From contig DASSCX010000255.1 in the NCBI GenBank assembly GCA_035697425.1, positions 1,183-65,182 on the forward strand: 64,000 nt of DNA, in the 5' to 3' direction. The position numbers and the translations under genes were made by a program. Under the pieces are notes generated by a model. That model was not told the DNA's origin. It worked only from the letters and a program-made list of their open reading frames with translations, and did not search any database. This document shows positions 57,196 to 64,000 of this stretch, in pieces. Source of the stretch: Pyrinomonadaceae bacterium. Its GTDB lineage: Bacteria; Acidobacteriota; Blastocatellia; Pyrinomonadales; Pyrinomonadaceae. Position 1 is the first letter of the stretch; each line of letters begins with the position of its first letter.

Positions 57196-57337
57196 TCAAC
57201 CGCCAGAACATCCGTGGTTACCGACACAACCGGTGCAACAAACAATTTCTTCACTGTGGCTCGCTGGCAGCTACTTCAGTTTGTGAAGTTTCCTCACTAA
57301 CCTGATCGCTGGGTGTGCGAGTAGATTGCTTGATCAA
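57196..57337 (-). pseudogene. Frame-split third peptide gene: leader-like ORF (57251..57337) plus a Cys-rich ORF in another frame (57196..57270)
   Basis: The TTG context AACCTTGATCAAGCAA matches that of A2. Frame 0 gives LIKQSTRTPSDQVSEETSQTEVAASEPQ followed by a stop. The +1 frame gives ..SHSEEIVCCTGCVGNHGCSGG followed by a stop. Confidence 0.35.
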
Positions 57338-57447
57338 GGTTGAGGTATCGTAAAACATTGATCGCTGCTTTGGCTTCGCTGCCGGCACCGGTCAGGGTTC
57401 TGGCCAGTGCCGGCAATTAAGCAGACACACACACGCAAACGCAAACG

Positions 57448-57618
57448 CTATACAGTGGTGGTATCGACAGTAGGAGCCTGGAAAAAGGTTGTCGCCTCGA
57501 GCACATCTTCAGGAGTTGAGACGGTCGGCTCTACGAACGGCAGCTTCGACTCGGTTTTTGACAGTTCTGTCTGTTCGTTGACTTGCTCGCTGACAATAAG
57601 GCTGTTTTGCTTAATCAA
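57448..57618 (-). CDS. Candidate RiPP precursor peptide A2 (56 aa, TTG start; not in the supplied ORF track)
   Basis: My own minus-strand translation is (M)IKQNSLIVSEQVNEQTELSKTESKLPFVEPTVSTPEDVLEATTFFQAPTVDTTTV. GGAG lies 8 nt upstream and overlaps the TGA of the upstream gene. Confidence 0.65.
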   Translation of the reverse strand: MIKQNSLIVSEQVNEQTELSKTESKLPFVEPTVSTPEDVLEATTFFQAPTVDTTTV

Positions 57619-57630
57619 GGTTCAGTCTCC

Positions 57631-58515
57631 TCACATTTTGATTGTCTGGCTGGTTGGCTGGGCTAGTACGAGACGCAAAGGTCGGGTTTCGTACGTTTGT
57701 AGATCGGTACGTTGATACAAACGAATGTTCGGCGAAAGCGTCCTCACCACTTGCTCAATTGTGGCGTTTTTTAAGTCAACATTAACAACTTCCGAAGAGT
57801 CATATTTCATCTCGAAGGGAATGTCAACCTTGGTTGCAATCTCGTAAAGTACTGCGGTCAGGGGTTGTTTGACCGCGTGCACAGTAAACTGATTCCGCTC
57901 GATTTTGACGCTTAATGACGTCTCTTGTTCGTCCTTTGCGGCGCGTTCGGTTCCTTCTTCGGTGTCTCCGGAAATCAGGATAGCTTCGGAATCGCCGCGC
58001 ACCACAGCCGACTCTGACGGTGGTGGCTCGTTGAGGGCATAAAGATAAAGAGCAACTATCTTCGCCATGGTGCTGCCGTCACCACTGATCTCGTAATCAG
58101 CATAGGGCTGCGGCGCAATCATGCGCACGGCCCCCTCGAGAGGCATGCTCTCAAATTCGATCGAGACGCGGGCCTTCTGCATTACCGGACTCAATAGAAC
58201 CGGAATTTCAAACTCTTTGCTGAGTTTTGCCGCAATCTCCGCAACGGAAGCGGCATTCGCTTTCAAGTCCACAGCGCGCACGGGACCGCTGGCAACCTTC
58301 AAAGTAAATTTGCCTTTAGCTTCTTTGCCTTTCGGTGTTTCGCCAGGCGTGGCTGTTTGCTTATCCGCTGGTTTCTCGTTTGCCGCCGCAGGTTTGGCTT
58401 GGGTGGTTGGGGTTGCGGGCGGCGTTGTTTGATTGCGACTTTGGGCCAGCAGTGTGCCCGGGAGGATAAGTAATAGAATTAATCCTAACAAGCGCCTTGA
58501 AAAACTTTCCTGCAT
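57631..58515 (-). CDS. Secreted protein with two STN-like (secretin/TonB N-terminal-like) segments, unknown function
   Basis: It has a signal peptide, a Pro/Thr/Lys-rich linker and two segments resembling STN domains (VDLKANAASVAEIAAKLSKEFEIPVLL; LTAVLYEIATKVDIPFEM..VDLKNATIEQVVRTL). Confidence 0.45.
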   Translation of the reverse strand: MQESFSRRLLGLILLLILPGTLLAQSRNQTTPPATPTTQAKPAAANEKPADKQTATPGETPKGKEAKGKFTLKVASGPVRAVDLKANAASVAEIAAKLSKEFEIPVLLSPVMQKARVSIEFESMPLEGAVRMIAPQPYADYEISGDGSTMAKIVALYLYALNEPPPSESAVVRGDSEAILISGDTEEGTERAAKDEQETSLSVKIERNQFTVHAVKQPLTAVLYEIATKVDIPFEMKYDSSEVVNVDLKNATIEQVVRTLSPNIRLYQRTDLQTYETRPLRLVLAQPTSQTIKM

Positions 58516-58793
58516 TCGAACGTACCTCTTGAAAATGAATCCTTGAACTATCTTTCGCAGACCTCCAGCCTGGCCGCCTGGGTCAACTTTGAGTATTTGG
58601 GGACTAAAAGATTATCTTTGGCTGTCGAATAGTTGCCCCATCCCGAGACATGAAACCGCCGATTTACGGCGGCCGGGGCGTCTCTGGAAGATTCCCTGTC
58701 GCACGTTACTCTTGACGTGTAGGAATTTCCGTGTGGTCGCGACAGTAACACACTTATCGTCCGCCCAGCAATAACTTCCACAAATTTTTGGTC

Positions 58794-60056
58794 CTAGTGA
58801 AAATGGCTGGGCCCACCTGTGACTACCAATCGCAACGGACGCACAAGGTAATAAATAAAATTCAACGCCGGGGGCAATTTCAGCCGCACCAAGTCTTTCT
58901 CGTTCGGTGTGAATGTGAATCTTAAGTAGTTAAGTTTGTCGCGCAGCCGGCGCCGCGCGCGTAGCTGAAACCGGAAATAGCCTGACATCCCTGTGCGCGT
59001 GAGGGCCGGAGTGAAAAGATCGCGTATCACATCGCGGGCCAAAGCCGCCACTGAAGCGTCGGCATTCAATGCCGCCTCCACGCGTACCGGCAATGGTGCT
59101 TCAAGTAAATCGGCGGCCAAACGTAACCCCAGAAAAAGCATCCGCTCATTGCCAGTAGCACGGGCCCGGCGAATCAACTCTTCCCAGTTGAGTTCCGTGT
59201 GCGCAACCAGACCGGCAATGTCGCAAATCCAGGCAAGTCGCTCCCAGAGATGTTTCGTACCATGAATGCAGAGCGCCAAAACCAGATCTTCGTTAGCCGG
59301 CACCTTGATACTCATAGTTTCCAGGCGTGCATTCACCAAACGTGACCAAAAAGCATCCGCCTCGAACGGTCGCGCAAAGGTTGGCGCACTAACGGTCCAG
59401 TGAAGCTCGACGATCATCCGGTTACGCTCACGCGTAAAAGGAAGGTTGCACTGAGTTCGCAACAGCACCGCCTGTTGACCATCAGTAAGTGGCGGCAATT
59501 GCGCATAACCTTCGGCAATAAGTAAGTCGCGAGCTCTCAATACGTCACGCGGGTGTACCAGAATGTCGAGATCGCTGAACTGGCGCAGTGCGACATCTCC
59601 GTAAAGCTGCAATGCGAGCGCCGGACCTTTATAAGGCACTGCCTGCACATCATGGTCGGCAAACAACGCCAGCAATCTCTGCAGCTCGTGAGTGAGAAGG
59701 ATGTTCAACGCGGAAACACGTTGAAAAGCGACTCGCAGATGCTGCCGGATTCCCGCCGGCACAGCATTAGGACAGACGTCGTTCAGATGCCAGTGCAGTA
59801 ATGGCTGCAAACCGTGGCGATCTGCCAGCTGCAAAACGAGATCCCAGTCGAGTGGTTGCGACACGAGATCCTGAATTCGTTTTCTTTGCGTCTCATCAAG
59901 AGACGCACGCGCGCAAGTAAGCAGCAAGCTGTGCTCCGGACGCGCCGCAGGAAAACCGCTTGCTACAACAGATGTCGCTGCCTCTCGGTACAGTACGGGA
60001 GCGGTCACGACCCCATTCACCTCATAGAAACTGTGTTGTGAAGAAGGCGAGCTCAT
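58794..60056 (-). CDS. Uncharacterised nucleotidyltransferase family protein (NTP_transf_5-like)
   Basis: It is 420 aa. The patterns LLLTCAR...DWDLVLQLADRHGLQPLL...VPYKGPALA..LYGDVALRQFSDLDILV are typical of PF14907-type proteins, which neighbour PqqD/HprK-like genes. Confidence 0.6.
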   Translation of the reverse strand: MSSPSSQHSFYEVNGVVTAPVLYREAATSVVASGFPAARPEHSLLLTCARASLDETQRKRIQDLVSQPLDWDLVLQLADRHGLQPLLHWHLNDVCPNAVPAGIRQHLRVAFQRVSALNILLTHELQRLLALFADHDVQAVPYKGPALALQLYGDVALRQFSDLDILVHPRDVLRARDLLIAEGYAQLPPLTDGQQAVLLRTQCNLPFTRERNRMIVELHWTVSAPTFARPFEADAFWSRLVNARLETMSIKVPANEDLVLALCIHGTKHLWERLAWICDIAGLVAHTELNWEELIRRARATGNERMLFLGLRLAADLLEAPLPVRVEAALNADASVAALARDVIRDLFTPALTRTGMSGYFRFQLRARRRLRDKLNYLRFTFTPNEKDLVRLKLPPALNFIYYLVRPLRLVVTGGPSHFH

Positions 60057-60158
60057 TCTTTATCAACCTTGTCATTTATCAACCTTGAAAGCGGTTGCTA
60101 CCTCTCCCGTACTGTACCGAGTAGCGCTTACAGGGAACACGGTCACGTTTCTTACGAG

Positions 60159-61958
60159 TTACTCGTTCACTTTCAAAACTGCGAGGAACGCTTCCTGCGG
60201 AATCTCCACACGTCCGACTTTCTTCATCCGCTTCTTGCCTTCCTTCTGCTTCTCTAACAGTTTGCGCTTACGCGTGATGTCGCCGCCGTAGCATTTTGCA
60301 ATCACGTTTTTACCCATCGCCTTCACCGTTTCCCGCGCAATTACTTTGTTTCCGATCGCCGCTTGGATCGGAACTTCAAACATCTGGCGCGGAATCAACT
60401 GCTTCATTTTTTCCGCCAGTGCGCGTCCTTTCGCTTGCGACGTGCTGCGATGAAGGACTAAAGAAAGTGCGTCGACTGGCTCATCGGCAACCAAAATATC
60501 AAGCTTCACCAGATCGCTCTCCCAATAACCGGCAAGATTGTAGTCAAGCGAAGCGTAGCCGCGTGACACTGACTTCAGACGATCGTAAAAGTCCAAAACA
60601 ATTTCGTTCAAAGGCAATTCATAGGTCAACATCACGCGGTTCGCAGCAATGTATTCGAACCCCTTTTGCACACCCCGCTTTTCTTCCAGCAGCGGCAGAA
60701 TGCCGCCGAGGTATTCATCAGAAGTAAGAATCGTAGCGCGAATTATTGGCTCTTCAATTTTCACGATCCGTCCCGGATCCGGCATCTTGGCCGGCGAATC
60801 GATTTCGACGACTTTGCCGTCGGTGGTGTGCACTACGTAACGAACGCCCGGCGCAGTCGTAATCAGATCGAGATTGAATTCACGCTCCAAACGCTCCTGC
60901 ACCACTTCCATGTGCAACAAGCCGAGGAAGCCGCAGCGAAATCCAAAGCCCAGCGCTGTCGATGATTCGGGTTCATAAAAGAAGGACGCATCGTTCAGCC
61001 GCAGTTTGTCCAATGCATCTCGAAGCTCTTCATACTGATTGGTGTCGACCGGATAAAGACCGGCGAAGACCATCGGCTTAATCTCCTCAAAACCAGGAAA
61101 CGGTTCCGAAGTAGGGCGCGCACTTTCAGTAATGGTGTCGCCGATTTGCACATCTGCTACTTCCTTAATCGACGCAGTTAAGAATCCGACTTCGCCTACC
61201 CCAAGTTTGTCGATAGGCGTGGGACGCGGACGATTAACACCCAGCGTTTCAACCTGGTAATCGCGTCCGGTGTTAAAGAAGCGGATTTTCATTCCCGGTC
61301 GAATCATGCCGTCAATCACGCGAAACAAAACAATCACGCCGCGATACGAGTCGTACCAGGAATCGAAGATCAGTGCCTTGAGCGGAGCTTCGGGATCCCC
61401 TTTCGGCGACGGCACATCGCGCACGATCGCTTCCAGCACTTCATGTACGCCCGCGCCGGTCTTGGCGCTGGTAAAGACCGCGTTGTGAGTCTCCAACCCG
61501 ATGAGATGTTCGATCTGTTCGACTGCCCGATCCGGTTCCGCACCCGGTAAGTCGATCTTATTAATGACGGGAATTAGTTCCAGATTGTTTTCAAGGGCCA
61601 GATAAGTGTTGGCGAGGGTCTGCGCTTCAACTCCCTGCGAAGCGTCCACAATTAGCAACGCGCCTTCACATGCTGAAAGCGAGCGCGAGACTTCATAAGA
61701 GAAATCGACGTGACCGGGGGTGTCGATGAGATTCAGAACGTACGATTTGCCATCCTCTGCCTTGTAATCAAGGCGCACGGCGTGCGACTTGATGGTAATG
61801 CCGCGCTCTCTTTCGAGGTCCATATTGTCGAGCACCTGCTCGGACATGTCGCGCCCGGTCACGGCCCCCGTCAACTCAAGCAGCCGATCCGCGAGGGTAG
61901 ACTTGCCGTGATCGATGTGGGCGATGATGGAAAAATTGCGAATCTGTTCGACGTTCAT
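60159..61958 (-). CDS. lepA: Translation elongation factor 4
   Basis: [27 protein letters not shown] and later motifs. It is 600 aa from the ATG at 61958. The upstream 28 codons of the ORF translate a repeat. Confidence 0.95.
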   Translation of the reverse strand: MNVEQIRNFSIIAHIDHGKSTLADRLLELTGAVTGRDMSEQVLDNMDLERERGITIKSHAVRLDYKAEDGKSYVLNLIDTPGHVDFSYEVSRSLSACEGALLIVDASQGVEAQTLANTYLALENNLELIPVINKIDLPGAEPDRAVEQIEHLIGLETHNAVFTSAKTGAGVHEVLEAIVRDVPSPKGDPEAPLKALIFDSWYDSYRGVIVLFRVIDGMIRPGMKIRFFNTGRDYQVETLGVNRPRPTPIDKLGVGEVGFLTASIKEVADVQIGDTITESARPTSEPFPGFEEIKPMVFAGLYPVDTNQYEELRDALDKLRLNDASFFYEPESSTALGFGFRCGFLGLLHMEVVQERLEREFNLDLITTAPGVRYVVHTTDGKVVEIDSPAKMPDPGRIVKIEEPIIRATILTSDEYLGGILPLLEEKRGVQKGFEYIAANRVMLTYELPLNEIVLDFYDRLKSVSRGYASLDYNLAGYWESDLVKLDILVADEPVDALSLVLHRSTSQAKGRALAEKMKQLIPRQMFEVPIQAAIGNKVIARETVKAMGKNVIAKCYGGDITRKRKLLEKQKEGKKRMKKVGRVEIPQEAFLAVLKVNE

Positions 61959-61968
61959 TTCATCAAAT

Positions 61969-62100
61969 GTACTTAGTTCTTTGTGCTTTGTACTTTGTAT
62001 TTTGTTCGTATTGCCCAGCTTGATCGGTTGATCGATAGACAAGCGTAGTTATCAAACAAAGGCCAAAGGCTAAAGTACAAAGACCGTTTTGTTGTAACAA
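61969..62100. repeat. ACAAAGN-heptad leader plus complementary arm upstream of lepA
   Basis: On the mRNA strand the sequence ACAAAAT-ACAAAGT-ACAAAGC-ACAAAGA-ACTAAGT lies 11-45 nt upstream of the ATG. The distal arm (62051-62100) carries the complement (CTTTGTACTTTAGCCTTTGGCCTTTGTTTG). Confidence 0.7.
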
Positions 62101-62151
62101 AATGGGCGCGAAACCGCACGCGCCCGAATCGCCTGCAACTGAAAAGTGTAA

Positions 62152-62607
62152 CTAATCGTCCAGGTGTGCCTCGACGTAAGCTCGTCCCTTCTCTGGCGTG
62201 TTTACCGATTGCATGAATTCCAGATTCTTCATCGCCCAGGAAAAATGCTCCTGCGAAAACTTCTCGTATTCCTCCCCGGTACCCGAAGGGAAGCCGATTT
62301 TGTTGAGCACCTTCAAAATCAACTGCGAGTCGTGCGTGATGCCGGCTGCTTGAAAGAGTTTGTGCTTGTCGTCGTCTGACATTGAAGACGACGAACTGTC
62401 GTCCGCCGCCGCATTACTGTTGGCGGTACTGTTGTCGTCGCTGTTTGTGTTCAGACTTGTATTGAAATTGAGGTTGCTATTCCGATTGGCCAGCGATGAC
62501 GAGCTGTTCATGTAGAAGTAGCCGACAACACCGACCACCGCCAGAACGATCAAGCCCAGGCAGCCAGCGCCTCCGCAGCCAATGGCAATTTTTTGATTTC
62601 TGTTCAT
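62152..62607 (-). CDS. Membrane-anchored hypothetical protein with an Asn/Ser-rich linker
   Basis: The ATG at 62607 is preceded by GAGGA. It has one TM (IAIGCGGAGCLGLIVLAVVGVVGYF), a low-complexity N/S/D linker and a small C-terminal domain. Confidence 0.45.
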   Translation of the reverse strand: MNRNQKIAIGCGGAGCLGLIVLAVVGVVGYFYMNSSSSLANRNSNLNFNTSLNTNSDDNSTANSNAAADDSSSSSMSDDDKHKLFQAAGITHDSQLILKVLNKIGFPSGTGEEYEKFSQEHFSWAMKNLEFMQSVNTPEKGRAYVEAHLDD

Positions 62608-62771
62608 CTGTTCCTCGTTGGGGTTGGGTTCAATAGCTGGAGAAATAGAGTAGCACGCGCCGCCGCGAAAGACGGTAAGTGGGTTTACAGAGTCAGAACC
62701 GGGAGCGACAGCGACCCGCACTCTGACTCAACAAGTTCGGGGGATGGCAAAAAAGAAATCCCCGAGTTAAG

Positions 62772-64000
62772 TCACAAATCAAACTCACTAATCAAACGAT
62801 GCAGGTAGGAACGACTAATGCCAAGCAGTTTGGCCGCCGCCACTTTATTCCCGCCAGAAGACTCCAGCGCTTTTAAGATCATGCGACGTTTCAGCGCAGC
62901 CACGCCGCCTTCCAGCGTCGCTTCATCGGCTAGATTTGTCCCGGGGAGAATTCTCAGCATTTTTTCCGGTAAGAACTCCAAATCTAGCGCCGGTCCATTA
63001 GTCAGGACCACCAGTCGTTCCATAACGTTTTCCAGCTCCCGCACATTTCCCGGCCACTCATATTCCTGTAATGCATCCACCAGCAGCGGGTCGAGCACGG
63101 GGGCGGGTCGCAAATACTTTTGCGCTGCTTTCTCGGCGAAATGAATCGCCAGAACCGGTATGTCTTCTTTGCGGGCACGCAATGCAGGCAAGACTAACGG
63201 CACTACATTCAAGCGGTAGAATAGATCACGTCGAAACCTGCCCGCCGCAACCTCTTGTTCCAGGTCGCAATTGCTCGCGGCGACGAGCCTGATATCGACA
63301 TGCAAAGTCTTCGTGCCGCCGACGCGTTCAAAGGATCGCTCCTGCAACACTCGCAATAGCTTGACCTGAACCGTGGGCGAGAGATCAGCTATTTCATCGA
63401 GAAATAATGTGCCGCCATCTGCCAGCTCAAAACGACCTTTGCGTGTTTGCGTCGCAGTCGTGAAGGATCCCTTCTCATGGCCAAACAATTCCGACTCGAT
63501 CAGCGTCTCAGGTAAAGCCGCACAACTAACGCCGACGAACGGACCAGCAGCTCGGGGACTTTCCTCATGAATGGCGCGGGCCAGCAATTCCTTGCCGGTT
63601 CCGTTTTCACCGATGACCAGCACGGTTGCGCTTGTCGCCGCCACGGTGCGCGCGTGTTTGACGATTCGTTCAAGAGACTGGCTGCCACCAATCAGGTGAC
63701 TGAATCCTCGTGAGCCCAACAACTCCTCGCGCAGTCTCACGTTCTCGATTTCGAGGCGTCGCATTCGTGCTGCCTGATTCACGATGTGCAACACTTCGTC
63801 GGCGTCGAGCGGCTTTTCAAAAAAACCATAGGCGCCATGTTTAACTGCTTCCAGCGCCGCTCGCTTGGAGTTGCTCCCGGTGATCACCACCGCCTGAACT
63901 GCCGGCCGCATGCTGCGCGCCGCTTGCACTACGGTAAGTCCTTCGGAAATGTCATCAAGATGCGGCGGCAGATGAAGGTCGCTGATAACTACATCGACCT
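62772..64000 (-). CDS. Sigma-54-dependent Fis-family response regulator (NtrC-like); the N-terminus runs off the window
   Basis: The AAA+ motifs are GENGTGKE and GAFTGA-like ESELFGHEKGSFTTA. The C-terminal HTH is GGNKVAAAKLLGISRSYLHRLI. The receiver-domain frame stays open through 64000 (..VDVVISDLHLPP..). Confidence 0.9.
   Translation of the reverse strand, partial: VDVVISDLHLPPHLDDISEGLTVVQAARSMRPAVQAVVITGSNSKRAALEAVKHGAYGFFEKPLDADEVLHIVNQAARMRRLEIENVRLREELLGSRGFSHLIGGSQSLERIVKHARTVAATSATVLVIGENGTGKELLARAIHEESPRAAGPFVGVSCAALPETLIESELFGHEKGSFTTATQTRKGRFELADGGTLFLDEIADLSPTVQVKLLRVLQERSFERVGGTKTLHVDIRLVAASNCDLEQEVAAGRFRRDLFYRLNVVPLVLPALRARKEDIPVLAIHFAEKAAQKYLRPAPVLDPLLVDALQEYEWPGNVRELENVMERLVVLTNGPALDLEFLPEKMLRILPGTNLADEATLEGGVAALKRRMILKALESSGGNKVAAAKLLGISRSYLHRLISEFDL

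Noticed and set aside
56966-57715. Plus-strand ORFs 56966..57286 (106 aa) and 57407..57715 (102 aa) share a conserved VGAWK(N/K)VVAS(R/S)TS segment.
   Set aside because: They are the antisense shadow frames of peptides A1, A3 and A2, in which third codon positions coincide, so conservation leaks into them. They have no SD and run against every neighbouring gene. They carry 2 non-synonymous changes where the minus-strand frame has none. The ambiguity is real and is stated in the finding.
36862-60056. A canonical lasso-peptide cluster.
   Set aside because: I looked for an Asn-synthetase-like lasso cyclase (C protein), a B1-B2 pair and a short Gly-start core peptide next to B2, and found none. 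The peptides near PqqD lack the Gly1/Asp-Glu7-9 lasso core pattern.
36700-60100. Mobile-element borders (integrase, transposase, attachment-site direct repeats, flanking tRNA) for the accessory block.
   Set aside because: No such genes or terminal repeats were recognised, so I do not call it a genomic island or mobile element.
61959-62042. N-terminal 28-codon extension of lepA ([28 protein letters not shown]).
   Set aside because: It translates the ACAAAG heptad array. LepA homologs begin at [21 protein letters not shown].

Overview
The window is a 64-kb chromosomal segment from a moderately GC-rich bacterium. Gene content (OpcA-Zwf, BNR/Ycf48-like propeller, many lamin-tail-domain exoproteins) fits a soil Acidobacteriota-like organism, but the phylum cannot be proven from sequence alone. 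About 36 kb on the left and 4 kb on the right are ordinary housekeeping or metabolic genes: a LytS/LytTR two-component pair, split histidine-utilisation genes (hutF, hutU, hutH), gyrA, a MoaD-MoaE fusion, tadA followed by two tRNA-Ser genes, SRP RNA followed by dnaX, zwf-opcA, rnhA, lepA and a sigma-54 activator. Between rnhA (36.7 kb) and lepA (60.1 kb) lies a roughly 23-kb accessory block with no mobility genes. It holds (i) an orphan lasso-peptide-B2-type (transglutaminase-like) peptidase and (ii) three secreted proteins that share a roughly 400-aa C-terminal LTD-plus-beta-sandwich module; one of the three is an ExeM/NucH-like nuclease. It also holds (iii) three GT-C-like polytopic membrane proteins. 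The most interesting part is (iv) a non-canonical RiPP-like operon at 54.5-60.1 kb, with this gene order: nucleotidyltransferase (NTP_transf_5-like), secreted protein, three tandem small peptide genes, HPr-kinase-like P-loop protein, radical SAM/SPASM enzyme, PqqD. One peptide gene is missing from the ORF track, and another is frame-split with a Cys-rich 3' part. A second recurring signal is a set of intergenic arrays built from degenerate roughly 7-nt words. A different word family occurs at different loci, and the arrays are often arranged as long imperfect hairpins. No CRISPR array, transposase, integrase or prophage gene was seen. All functional calls rest on motifs I recognise by eye; no database search was possible.
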